A DNA stretch of 64,000 bases, taken from positions 1,940-65,939 of the forward strand of contig JAHFMX010000006.1 in NCBI GenBank assembly GCA_023267635.1, in the 5' to 3' direction. Both the position numbers and the translations under genes were made by a program. Positions 9,582 to 21,300 of this stretch are shown here, in pieces (the stretch's first letter is position 1; each line of letters begins with the position of its first letter). The notes under the pieces are model-generated. The model searched no databases. It was not told where the DNA came from and was given only the letters and a program-made list of their open reading frames with translations. Origin of the DNA: a bacterium. Lineage in GTDB: Bacteria > Patescibacteriota > Minisyncoccia > Phycocordibacterales > UBA5272.

Positions 9582-10778
9582 ATGATATTTGATAGTTACA
9601 ATTATGATCTGTACAGCTTAAGAAGATTTAAGCAAGGCTACTCAGAGACTTATAACTGGGACTATCCAATATATATTTCTGCTCCTTCTGGCTCTGATGG
9701 CTTTGCTTATGTTACTTACGCTGAGGATTTTAGTGATCTTATTTCTCTTGATGCCTATGTCAGAACTGATGTAAATTTTATAGATCAATTCTCTCTGGCT
9801 GCTTATAAGTCTTATGCGGAAGATTTCCAAGATACCATTTCACTAAAAGTTTATGCTCGATCACAGGCAAACTTTACTGATCAACTAAGTTTGGCGATTT
9901 ATAACCTTACTCAGGCAGATATGACTGATCAACTAAGCTTGTCTGTTTATAAATTAGCTGCTGCTAGTTTCACAGATCAGGTAAGTCTAAGCATATACCA
10001 AGCTACTCAGGCTTTGTTTATTGATGACATATCACTGAGTGTTTATAAGAACTTCAATGTTGGTTTTGTAGATCAATTAAGTCTATCAGCATTAGCAGGA
10101 AGTAGTATTACATTCATTGACAGCCTTGATCTTAAAATTTACACAGCATCAAGCGTTCTTTTCAAAGACATAATTAGTACCTCGGTCTACACCCCAGCAA
10201 CCGTGGCCTTTGTAGATCAGCTCAGCATATCTGCACTAAAGACTTATTACCAATCAGTAATAGACCAGATAGCTATGTCTGTCTACGCTGGTACAGAAGT
10301 TGGCTTCATTGATCAGATCAGTCTTGCAGCAGTTGAGAAGTACATTGGCTATGCGCTTAATTTGGAAACAGGTGCTTTATCTAAATTAGAGGGCTTCAAG
10401 ATTGATACCGTTTCTGGAAGGTTCTGCTGTGATAAGAATGGAATCTACACATTCGATGGCAGTTTAAATATTGCAGCACAGATACCCGCTTTTATTGAAA
10501 CCGGTGACTTGAGCTTGAAAAGCAATGCTTTGAAAACTGCTTCTTATGCTTATACCATTCAAGAAAGTGGCCCGATGGTGCTAACTGTTACAGCTGATTC
10601 AGAAGACTTTGAATATGACATTGACGCTGTTGATGTACCTTTTGAAGTGAGCAGAACTAAACTTGCTGACGGGGTTTCAGATGTTTATTGGAAGTTCAAA
10701 CTTGCTAACTCCAATGGTAGCTCAAATAAAGTCCACAGTATAGACTTGTTGGTTTCAGAAAAACAGAGGAAGTTCTGA
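9582..10778 (+). CDS. virion protein with 16-aa tandem repeats
   Basis: Repeats of FxDQLSLxxY with 16-residue period, then a globular C-terminal domain. Confidence 0.6.
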   Translation: MIFDSYNYDLYSLRRFKQGYSETYNWDYPIYISAPSGSDGFAYVTYAEDFSDLISLDAYVRTDVNFIDQFSLAAYKSYAEDFQDTISLKVYARSQANFTDQLSLAIYNLTQADMTDQLSLSVYKLAAASFTDQVSLSIYQATQALFIDDISLSVYKNFNVGFVDQLSLSALAGSSITFIDSLDLKIYTASSVLFKDIISTSVYTPATVAFVDQLSISALKTYYQSVIDQIAMSVYAGTEVGFIDQISLAAVEKYIGYALNLETGALSKLEGFKIDTVSGRFCCDKNGIYTFDGSLNIAAQIPAFIETGDLSLKSNALKTASYAYTIQESGPMVLTVTADSEDFEYDIDAVDVPFEVSRTKLADGVSDVYWKFKLANSNGSSNKVHSIDLLVSEKQRKF

Positions 10779-11776
10779 TGCAGTGGAGGGGTAAAGAACT
10801 TGGCTCTCAGGAAATGAAACCGGTTACATTTAAACTTTATGGTGATCCTGGGGTTGCTTCAAAGTATATGGATAAAGGACGTTTTCATTTAGGCGAACTT
10901 AAACTAAGGATGCAGCTTAATAGCAATTTGACATGGGGAGAGCAAAGAATAGATGTTGTTGATGGGACGATAATACATGTCATGACAAATAGAAATGGGT
11001 TATCAGATATTGATGAAATTACTATAGATGTTACAGCACTAGCTGATAAAACACCAAAAGAGAAGATATGTAAAGGCTTCATAGCTATGGTCAACGCAGT
11101 TAACTTTAACAGTGTTAACACACAGCTTAATGTACAGGGTCCTGATGACACTACACACACTTTTTTACATACAACGTATACCCCAGCAGCACAATTTGTC
11201 TACTTGGAAAATGCTGTTCCCGGCATTATACCTAATACTTTTGATGATACTGATGATCCTGAAGTTGGTGGGTACAAGAGAATACTGTATGGAGAACTTT
11301 CTACAGATTCAGTAGACTATAAGTATGCACCATTACTAACTTTTCGTAATTCCAGGCAGAATATAGCTGTGTGCAGGGGCATACCAGTTTATAATGGATC
11401 ATCTATTACTGTAACTTATTCTGTAAATTTTGAAGGCTTTATTGCGGTAGTTCCAGGAAGTATAACATATAATTTTATAGACCCTGAACTTTCTGGTAGA
11501 GACCCTGATTTATCAGGGCCTAATAACACAGTTTCAAGGGCTTTTCATAACTTCACAGCAACAGCTAGTGTGCCAAAAGGTGACTATGTACTACAAGCTG
11601 CTGGTAAAGTTGATGTTCTTTTGATTTGTGATAAAGGGTTAGAAAAAGCACAGTTTACTTTTTCTGATGTGAACACTATTTTTTATTCTCAGGAAATGGT
11701 AGTTACTGTTGGTAAAAAATTTAAGAATGTATCAGAGATAGTTAAAGTCAGAGACTTAACTACATTAATAAGCTAG
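10778..11776 (+). CDS. hypothetical virion protein
   Basis: 332 aa; TGATG coupling; within structural cluster. Confidence 0.5.
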   Translation: MQWRGKELGSQEMKPVTFKLYGDPGVASKYMDKGRFHLGELKLRMQLNSNLTWGEQRIDVVDGTIIHVMTNRNGLSDIDEITIDVTALADKTPKEKICKGFIAMVNAVNFNSVNTQLNVQGPDDTTHTFLHTTYTPAAQFVYLENAVPGIIPNTFDDTDDPEVGGYKRILYGELSTDSVDYKYAPLLTFRNSRQNIAVCRGIPVYNGSSITVTYSVNFEGFIAVVPGSITYNFIDPELSGRDPDLSGPNNTVSRAFHNFTATASVPKGDYVLQAAGKVDVLLICDKGLEKAQFTFSDVNTIFYSQEMVVTVGKKFKNVSEIVKVRDLTTLIS

Positions 11777-11786
11777 GAGTAAAAAA

Positions 11787-13712
11787 ATGGGCTCAATAAC
11801 GTTTTTTAAGCCACCACAAGATGGAACTCTTGGTAATTGGCCTAATTGGTATCCGGATAGTTCAGGGATAAAGACCTACACAGAAGACAGGTTCGATAAA
11901 GCCATTGCTTACAGAGACGTTGTTTTAAACAACCTCTATTCAAAACTGGCTGACTTGAATGATGATCTGCTTGCTTTACAGCAATCTCCTGGTGCTACTG
12001 CCAACATAGACTTGGCTGTGCTTGACACACTAAATGCTACGTTCGAGAAGCAGGTAGCTCCGGTTAAACCCACTATATCAGTGGCATTCCCTGATGCCCC
12101 GGCAGATGCCGTACTTGGTACTGTGTCACCTTTTGTCCTTGAGCCAGTACCCGTGTTGACAAGGGCTGAGCCTATTGCTAAAGAGATAGCTCCCCCATCT
12201 AAGTTCACTAAAGTTGCCCCTACTATGGAAGACCTTCCTGTACGTGGTTTCCCTGCTACCCCTACATACACACTACCCACAGTGCCACTAGCTAGAGCAT
12301 TAGTTCTACCAAGTGATCCAGTAATTGATGACGTGCAGTTCTTAGGTGTTACACCCGACAGACTTGGTACTCCAACACCCTACACTTTCACCTTCACTGA
12401 CCAGGATTATGAGTCAGCACTTAGCACTCAGTTGAAAAGCACACTGCTTGATCTGGTTCTTAACTTCAGACAGACAGGTCTCGGTGATACCATACTCAAT
12501 CAAAAATGGGATCAGGGGCGTGAACGCACTAACGCCGTGATGCAAGGAGCTATCTACAACATTTCTCGCTTATTCGCCAGTGCCGGGTGGGACTTGGATA
12601 CTGGCTCCGAAGCAGAACTCATTATGCAGGCTATGGGTGCCAAAGAAGAGCAAGATATACTGGAGTCAAGAAATATTCAGGTATCAGAAGCAACACTCAT
12701 ACAAAACAACTTCCAGTTTAGCTTCACTCAAGCCTTAGCATTAGAAGGTCAATGGCTCTCACATCATGATACCCAGCAACAAAGGGCACTGGATGCAGCC
12801 AAAGCTGTACTTGATGCTTCAGTCCAATATGGAAACTTACTAGTGGCTTACCTTCAGGCTGACGTAGCTTTGTACACAGCTAATGCTACAGTCTTCGCTG
12901 AAAGGATCAAAGCTTCTTTGAACAAATTGGAAATTTACCGGAGCAAGCTGGAAGGTCTTAAGCTCATTAGTGAGCTTAATCAACAAGACATTGACCGTTA
13001 CAAAAGTCAGATCGAGGCAATTGTAGCTGTCTTTGGTCTCTACAAAGATCAACTGGAAGGTGAGAAGATTAAGATTGAGGCTGATGGCTTGAAGGTTCAA
13101 CAATTCCAGGGTAGGATTTCTGCTTTCGCAGAAGAGCGCCAAGCTAAGGCTTTAGAATATGAAGGCTTCAAAAGTGAATGGGGTGCTGAAGAAACCAAGG
13201 CCAGAGTCTTCCAGTCCATTGTTGACTCATTCAAAGCGAAAGCTGATGTGATGAAATCTGTCAATGAGTCTAAACTTCAGAAGATGGATGCAGACATTAA
13301 GCTTAACTTTGATGTACCACTGGACATTCTTGACAAGAAGACAAGTGTTTACAAGGCTAAGATTGATGCTAAACGCTCAGAGATCGGGGCAATCACAGAC
13401 CTTTACAAAACGGATGCTGATGTTTTTGGGACACTTACCAGTGCAGAAAGTACACGTGTCACTTCTGAATTGAAGTCTGTAGAGCTTAAGCTTGATGGTC
13501 AGGTGAAAAAAGTGACAACTGAGTTGGAAGCATTTAAAATTAACTTAGGTAATATATTATCACAGAAAGAATTGCTAATTTCTGGAGAAGAAAAGGAAGC
13601 TGCTCTCTTGGCTCAAGTAGCGTCCAGCATAACCGGATCAGTAAGTCATTCATGTGGTATCAGTGGTTCTTCTTCTTACCCGAATGCAGAACCAATACTT
13701 GTAACAACTTAG
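11787..13712 (+). CDS. internal virion/ejection protein (Pro-rich + long coiled coil)
   Basis: AGGAG SD; Pro-rich N-half, helical C-half; precedes giant virion gene. Confidence 0.55.
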   Translation: MGSITFFKPPQDGTLGNWPNWYPDSSGIKTYTEDRFDKAIAYRDVVLNNLYSKLADLNDDLLALQQSPGATANIDLAVLDTLNATFEKQVAPVKPTISVAFPDAPADAVLGTVSPFVLEPVPVLTRAEPIAKEIAPPSKFTKVAPTMEDLPVRGFPATPTYTLPTVPLARALVLPSDPVIDDVQFLGVTPDRLGTPTPYTFTFTDQDYESALSTQLKSTLLDLVLNFRQTGLGDTILNQKWDQGRERTNAVMQGAIYNISRLFASAGWDLDTGSEAELIMQAMGAKEEQDILESRNIQVSEATLIQNNFQFSFTQALALEGQWLSHHDTQQQRALDAAKAVLDASVQYGNLLVAYLQADVALYTANATVFAERIKASLNKLEIYRSKLEGLKLISELNQQDIDRYKSQIEAIVAVFGLYKDQLEGEKIKIEADGLKVQQFQGRISAFAEERQAKALEYEGFKSEWGAEETKARVFQSIVDSFKAKADVMKSVNESKLQKMDADIKLNFDVPLDILDKKTSVYKAKIDAKRSEIGAITDLYKTDADVFGTLTSAESTRVTSELKSVELKLDGQVKKVTTELEAFKINLGNILSQKELLISGEEKEAALLAQVASSITGSVSHSCGISGSSSYPNAEPILVTT

Positions 13713-13721
13713 GAGTAAATC

Positions 13722-15350
13722 ATGCTTAGTGAATTAAATAGAATGAGGGGTGACATCCTTGGTGTAGCCGGAGTTCCCGGAGGTTTAAATGCCTTGAGGG
13801 AGGACTTACTCACACCATCTTTCGCTAAAGGCGGCATGATACCCTACAAGGATGGTGGCATGATAGTGGGGGAAGGCACACCAACGTCGGATAGTATTTC
13901 TGCTGAGCTCCCACCCGGCGCATTTATTGTATCTGCTAAGATGCTCAAAATGTTTGGCCAGCCTTTGTTTGATTATATCCTGTCTTTAGGTGAGACAGCT
14001 GCGGAAGACACTGGAGAAGGTCAAGAAGAGGCACCTGTTAAAGTCTCACAAGGTGAACTCTACATACCACCGGAAGCAGCCAAAGCTTTTGGCCTGGACA
14101 AGCTACAAGGCATGGCTGATGCAGCTAATGGTAAGGCTCCTATGCTAGGAGAGAATGCAGAAATGATGCCTGATCAGGAAAGTATGCCTGAAGGTTCAAT
14201 GGAGCCTCAAAAGTTTTCTGATGCAGGTGTTGTCAAGAAGAAAGATGATGATTACCTAGGCATACCGGAAGCCGGCAGGAATGCTGCAAAAGCTGTAATA
14301 GGAGAGAAGGGCTATAATGCTGTTACGGGTGCAGTCAACTCAGGTGAAGCTGCTCTAGGTGCAGGTGCAACTGCTTTGAAGGACTCAGCTGTTTCTGGGA
14401 CTCAAAGAATTGGTAATGCTTTTCAAGGTAATCAACAGGGCTATGGCCTTTTGGATGTCCCCGGTAAGATTTTTAGCAGACCTGTTGATCAGGTTACTGC
14501 ACCACAAACAGCAGCTACCCCTTTGACTAAGACTCCTGCTACAGCGCCTACCACACCCCCTATCGCTGCAACTCCTACAGTAACGGCTAAACCACCACAG
14601 ACTACAGTACCTTCTCAATCCACTACATCTTCACAACCTGGCAGGTCTCAAGTTGACATAGCTGATGCAGCCACAGCAGCACTAGGTGTACAAAATCAAC
14701 AACGTTGGGAGGCTCAGGATGCCCAAGCTGCACAGGTAAAAGCTAATCAGGATAAGACACAGCAAGCTAAAGATGACGCTGACTTCCGCAGAAGACAAGA
14801 CCAGTACTTTGACACCTTGTACAAAGAGCAAGGTGCAATCGGTAATGCCTTGAATAATGGTATTCCGGTCGAGGCAATACCTAAGAAATCAGCTGGTGCT
14901 GAGTATGCTTTGGGGGATCGTGGACAAACTTTACAAAACCAACTTGGTAACAGGCAGTCTGATGTTGCTGAACAGAACAGCATAAGATCAAATGCCCAAG
15001 AAGATAGAAGAACAGAAGCACTTAAAGGATACTACGGCGGGCATAGTGACACACCAAAAGTGGGAGAAAATAAATTCTCAAGGGATGAAAATGGTAATAT
15101 TTACCCTACTTCAGGCCCAGTGGCTGACCAAAAGTATGCTCAGGAAGCTCCTGCAAGGGCACACAAATTCATAGCTGAAAACTTGTTTAGTGACCCTTTG
15201 TCAATAGACCCCTCTGATCCTGAGATAAATAACCCAACTACCAGAAGTTTCATTCAGCAGTTACTAAGCACTAACCCTGATAAGGCTAATGAGCTCTTCA
15301 GTAACCCAGCTGTTAAGGCACACTTTTCTAAATTCGTACCAGCACAATAA
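13722..15350 (+). CDS. internal virion/ejection protein
   Basis: AGGAG SD; GGMIVGEGTPTSDSISAELPPGAFIVSA motif common to tape-measure/ejection proteins. Confidence 0.55.
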   Translation: MLSELNRMRGDILGVAGVPGGLNALREDLLTPSFAKGGMIPYKDGGMIVGEGTPTSDSISAELPPGAFIVSAKMLKMFGQPLFDYILSLGETAAEDTGEGQEEAPVKVSQGELYIPPEAAKAFGLDKLQGMADAANGKAPMLGENAEMMPDQESMPEGSMEPQKFSDAGVVKKKDDDYLGIPEAGRNAAKAVIGEKGYNAVTGAVNSGEAALGAGATALKDSAVSGTQRIGNAFQGNQQGYGLLDVPGKIFSRPVDQVTAPQTAATPLTKTPATAPTTPPIAATPTVTAKPPQTTVPSQSTTSSQPGRSQVDIADAATAALGVQNQQRWEAQDAQAAQVKANQDKTQQAKDDADFRRRQDQYFDTLYKEQGAIGNALNNGIPVEAIPKKSAGAEYALGDRGQTLQNQLGNRQSDVAEQNSIRSNAQEDRRTEALKGYYGGHSDTPKVGENKFSRDENGNIYPTSGPVADQKYAQEAPARAHKFIAENLFSDPLSIDPSDPEINNPTTRSFIQQLLSTNPDKANELFSNPAVKAHFSKFVPAQ

Positions 15351-15355
15351 ACGAC

Positions 15356-18300
15356 ATGGCTAACTTAATTGGGCAGCAAGCTAGAGTAAAACCTTCAGAT
15401 GATCAGGATTTTTTAGGTGCCATAAATAGTTATGGGGGGGCATCAAGCACTTCTGCTACTACTCAGAAGAACCCTGATCAGGAATTCACTGACACCATAA
15501 ATAGCTATGGGGATCAGACAGGAACTCTGGGTGCCTATGGGCAGACTTTTGTTCAAGCTGCTAAAGGCGTACCAGGTTTTATTGGACAAGCAATAGAAGG
15601 AGGTACTCCATTTGACCAAGAAAATGGTGTTGATCAAATAGTAAAAGACACTCAAAAATCTAATGAAGAATTTGCTAGTGGCTCTGATGCAGAACAGCCA
15701 GTTCTTGGTGGTCTTGCAAAAGTAAAAGATATAAAAGGGTCAGCTGGAAGTTTGACCAGCTCCCTAGCAACTATGGCACCAACGGTTATAGGGGGCTTGA
15801 TTGGTGGTGCTTTAGGTGGTCCAGCAGCACCATTGACAGCAACAGCAGGTGCTACTATTGGGGGGCTTATAGGTGGGGGTCTAGGCTATCTAGGCATGTC
15901 CAGACAATCAGAGAATCAACTAATACGTGATGTTGTTGACAAAGAAGATCAAACAAGGTCAGCTCAAGGTAAACCATTACTAAATCAAGATGAAAAAGTA
16001 GCTAAGCAGAATGCTCTGCTTGAGTCGGGAGACCCACAACTACAAGGATTTGCAGAAGCTGCTGGGGAGACTATAGGTAACTTCCTTGAAATTGCAGCAG
16101 CCATGACACCTTTAGGCAAGCTTGGAAATGTCCTGAAAGCTGTTGGAGGCCCATTTTCTGGGGCTTTAGCTACAGCAGCCTTAAGAGGTACAGGGATACT
16201 AGCTGTTGAAAACATAGAAGAGCAAGCTACCAATCTTGTACAAAACCCTATTGCAAAAAGACAAGGGCTTCCTGAAGCCACTGCAGCTGAGACAGCAAAG
16301 CAAACAACATTAGCTACATTACCATTTGCAGCTCTTGGAATGGGGGTTGGTGGTTATCATGACTATAAATCAGCAAAAAAAGAAAAAGACTTCCAAGAGT
16401 ATTTAGCCGGTGCTTCGACTGAAGAACTACAAAGCAATATACAGACTTTACAAACTCCATCACCTGAAGATGATGAGCAAACAGCCCAGTATAAGCAAAG
16501 TCTAGCCCAAGCTTATACTGATGAACTTAACAGCAGAGGTACTACAGATGAAAATAACAACCAGGCAACAGGTGCAGAGCAACCTTCGGGAATCGGGGGA
16601 ATTGCTAATAGGCCAACTACACTTGATAGAGGAACTCCAAAGCAAGAACCAGGAACTAATGGACAAGGTGTCAATGTTACTGAACCTGCTGGAGCTTCAA
16701 GAAGAAGTGTGGAACCCATTCCACAAGAAGAAACCAGACAACCTGGACTTGATGAGCGTGGAAGTACTCTAAGTAACATATCTGATGAGGGCTTAAAAAA
16801 AGCCATAGAGCTTCTGAACAAACATGAAACTGATTCTCCAGAAGCCATTAAGAGTAAAGAAGATGCTATAACTTTTTACAGCAATGAACTTGAAAGAAGA
16901 AAACCACCCACCCAACCAATAGAGGAAACTCAAAATGAAAAACAAAAAATCACCAATGAAACCGATGCCAATGCCAATGAAGCAAATGCCGAAACCGGGC
17001 AAGGGCAAGAAGGGTTGCAAGTAATCCAACCAAACATAACTCAACCAAACATAACTGAAGAGGGTACAAACCTTGAGCAAGCAGGCACGGCAACGTCAAA
17101 GAATGCGGGACAAACGACAAAAGAGGAAACAGGAACTACCACAGTCAGTAGTACTGGTGAAGGAGGGCTAGTTAATGTTAATCAAGCAGCACCTGTCACA
17201 GGTATTGGAGCAGAACAAGCAAAGCAGGGAACAAGTTTTGGTCAACCAGGACTTGCTGAGTCTGTTGAAGCCCAGCAGAAAGAAGAAGTTGTGGGCTCAA
17301 TTCCTACAACTGCTTCCGTGGGAGCCACAGGTGCACAGAAGTCCAAAGCCCCAGTAGTAAGTGAGGGAGCTCCCCAACCTGCTACAGCAGGGGGACAAAC
17401 AACTCCTGACTACTCATACCTCTCTGACAAAGGCTTCACCCCTGAAGAAATACAACATGTAGGAGAAGCAAGTAAGACCCACAAAGACCTTAATGGCTGG
17501 GCACGAGGTAGATTTGGGTATGATCGGGTCAAGGGTGTCAACTTCACACAATCAATAGCACCTAATGCACCTGCCATTAATAATGAAGTGGATGCAGCAG
17601 CACATGAAGCAGCAGCTTCCCCATTAAATGATCTTGCACATCCTTCACAAGCTCAGATAGAAGCAGAAAACCCAAAACTAGGACATATTGAAAACTTTCA
17701 TGGCATGTCAATTTCAATAGAGAATCCTGAAGGCTCGGTTCGTTCTGGTGTTTCACTGGAGGGCAGACCTTGGCAAAATACTTTAAAAAACCATTATGGG
17801 TACATCAAAGGCACAGTGGGTAATGACAATGATCATGTGGATACTTTCATTGGGCCTGATGTTGGTTCTCAAAAAGCCTTCATAGTCAACCAAAACCATG
17901 TTACCAGAGGCATAGGAACTAATAGGTTTGATGAGCACAAAGTCATCCTTGGGGCAAAGACCAAGAAGCAAGCTCTTCAAATCTATCATGACAATTATGA
18001 AAAAGGTTGGCAAGGCATGGGAAGCATCACTCAAATGTCTGTTGGTCAATTAAAGGAGCAGCTAGGTACTGGGAAGTTAACGAAGCCTGTTTTGCAAGAG
18101 CAAGTTAGTCAACAGGAAACCAACCAATCTAATAAGCCTGAAGCTCCCACACCTAAAGGTTACATGAGCACTGGGGATGTTTTTTCAAGGTTAACATCAA
18201 AACAAAGAGCTTTTCATAAGTCAGGGAAACTTATTGTAGTTCCTACAGAGGAGCAACTTCCTGCTAGTCTAAGACCTAAAAAAGGTGAGGAATCCTCAAT

Positions 18301-21300
18301 ACCTGGGCTATATCACCCCAAAGAAGATAAGATTTATGTTGTTGCACACAACATCAAGCATGATGAGCTAAATGGCCTTCTCGCCCATGAGTTTTTACAT
18401 AGGGCTGTTCGTGTAGATAAAGTATTCAAAGGTAAGTTTGACAAATTTGATAGAGGTCTCACTGCTCGGTTTAATATGGCTGGTCGTGGTATTGGTTCAG
18501 ATATTGAGAAAGCAGCTTACAAGCATGTTGTTGATGCTGGTACCCCACAACACCAATTATTAGATGAGTATAAGTCCTACTTGGTGCAAGAGTATGCTAA
18601 GAACCCTGATAGCTTTGTTGGTGAAATTAAACGACTAATTGAGGAATTCATCGCTGCCATTAAAGTAGCCCTTGTTAAATCTGGACTTGATTCTGGATTC
18701 ATTGAAAAGCTAACACCTGCCGATCTGTATGAAATGAGCAAGTATGGAGCTGAGCAGGTTGAATCTACGCAACCACAAAAGAATAATGAAGCCCTTAAAT
18801 CATTCATTGGAGTTAAATCTCAGACTGCTCCAAAATATGAACTATCCACTGCCATGTCTGATATTGAAGCAGGAGAAAACCCTGAAGGGGTAAGGAAAGA
18901 CACTGGCTGGTTCAAAGGAGCTGACGAGCATTGGAGATTTGAGATTGATGACAGTGAAGCAAAGCTTGATGAAAAAGAAGTTAACACACTAAAGGGGTAC
19001 TACAAATTAGGCAGGCTAAGTGGGCTTGAAAAAATTCTTATACACCCCAAACTTTTCGCAGCTTATCCGCAGCTTAGAACTATTGGTATAAAGTTTGCAA
19101 AACTTCAGGAAGGTGTTGGTGGTGGGACAAGCCAAGATGGGAAATTCATAACTCTGAATGTTGACCTTAAAGACGATAAAATTTTATCAGTTCTTTTACA
19201 TGAAGCCCAGCATGCCGTTCAAATACATGAAGGCTGGGCTGGTGGGGGTTCCCCATCAACTTTCCAAAAGGAGTTTGTTGAAAGAGTGGAACTCTTAGAA
19301 AAAATTGTAAAAGATATAAATAATGAGCTATCTGTCCAAGCAGGCATAATGAATAAGTATGAAGTCAGAGGGTCTTACAGAAAATATACAGCTCCTGAAG
19401 GGTACACTGCTGCTGCAAAATATGATGAACTAATGCAGGAAAGATCAGATGCTGCGAAATCTTTAAGACGGATTGGTCTACTTAATGATGTAGCGGATAC
19501 CTCACGTAAAATATATTCTAGGTTATATGGTGAGATTGAGGCACGTAATGTGCAGAGAAGGATGGACTTTTCTGCACAAGAAAGGGAGAAGTTTTCTCCT
19601 GAAGGTACCCAAGATTACGCAAATAAAGACGCTGTTATTCTGTGGGCTAATGCTGATGTTAAGGGCTTATTATTTCCTGAAAATGAAGCAGACCTACTTT
19701 ACTCAAAGAAAACTAAAACTCAAGAAGGAATTAAATTAAATGAAAGAAAACCAACTGAAATCTCTACAAAAGAAACCTCAGAGTACACAAAAAGAAATAT
19801 CCTCAATACCAGCAGACTTGACAGAACTAGTCATGCAGAAAAAAGGTATTTCCAAGAAAGAAGCGGAAACTCTGCTGAGAGAGTTCGGGGCATAAAAGGA
19901 GTTTTCTCACCAGGAAAGAGCATAACTTCCGATTTTGAAAAAGCTGGAGTACCTAGCCCTGAGTACCATGAGTGGTTTAATGGTAATAAGATGGTTGAAA
20001 AGTACATGGGCATTATGACTAAAGCACAGAACACGAAGTTTGGTGCCGCAGTTTACATCTACCCAAAAGAAGATTATCGGAAAATGAGAATCTTTGTAAC
20101 ACCGGATGAGCTCTCAGGGTTTGCACTAAAGACTGACGGCGATATTGTTAGTGTAGTAAGCTTACCAGAAGCGCCTTCAGGTAGAGTTTACTCAATGATG
20201 GCGCTTGCTACGGAACTTGGTGGCACTAAGCTCGACGCTTTTGATACTGTTTTACCTGAAATTTATGCTGTGTCTGGTTTCAAAGAAGTTGGCCGGGTAA
20301 ACTGGAATGAAGACTACAAACCTGATAACTGGGATAAGGAGGTTTTCAGTAAGTTTAATAATGGGGAGCCAGATGTGGTCTTTATGGAGTATGACCCCAC
20401 CTATAGCCCTTTTAAAAGATCAGAGATAGAAGTCTCATTGTCTAATGCACAGCATACAATACCTGGTATTTCCAAACTCACTAAAGAATTTGTAGATGGA
20501 GATACCACAGCTGGTGTTCTGTTGAGGGAGCTCGGCCATGACTCTTTAGACTACCTGACTTCAGGTATAAAGTCAGTAAGCATAAGTTACAAAGACCCAA
20601 CTGGTGTGTATGGTGGAGACAAAGAGCCTTCACTTGGAGTAGCTGCATCCTTTGAAGAAAAAGATCGGAAAGAAGTTCTTAGAGCCTTAGCACAATTTGC
20701 TAAGAACTTCGACCAAGAACAATTTCATGTACTAGGCTCAGTAGGCACAAATACTGAAGTCATGCACGTCTATGATGATGGCTCTTACAATACCAAAGTT
20801 TATAGCTTCACTTTAAATAAGGTGCCAAGTGAAAAAGAAGTTAGCAAATTAATTAATAACTCAGGATTATATGGGCTAACCATTTCCGGTAGCACCCTTG
20901 AATCCTACTATGTGGAGCAAGATCAAAATGACGCAAATGAATACAAAGAGTGGACAAGTAAAATCGACAAGCTCCACGAAATTATCTCCGGCAGAAATCT
21001 CAAAAGCTATGGAGAAAAAGTGGCGAGACTCTGGGTCTACGGTAGCGGAAACAGAGCCATCAGCTATGGTCAAATTGAAGGCAAATTTCACCCATCGTAC
21101 ACCGACCAAGGGCAAAAAGCTTCTCAACGGGTAGCTTCAAGATTGATTGGCAGAGACGTTAAAGCCCCTTCAATACCTAAAACAGTTACTCCTGAACAGA
21201 AAGCACTACAAGCCTCAATTGCTCAAGCTTATGATGAAATGCGAATCAATGCCCTTGATCAGACGAACGTTATACGAGCCTACAAGGAGCTAGCTTCAGA

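Noticed and set aside
2329-11776. Diversity-generating retroelement or invertible tail-fiber switch
   Set aside because: No reverse transcriptase, invertase or near-identical template/variable repeat pair seen
14992-15174. +1 frame ORF nested in 13722-15350
   Set aside because: No SD, and it lies in a hydrophilic region where the +1 frame is open by chance
19527-19739. +1 frame 70-aa track ORF in the giant gene
   Set aside because: No convincing SD and the sequence is not protein-like; the adjacent 19740 ORF has better support
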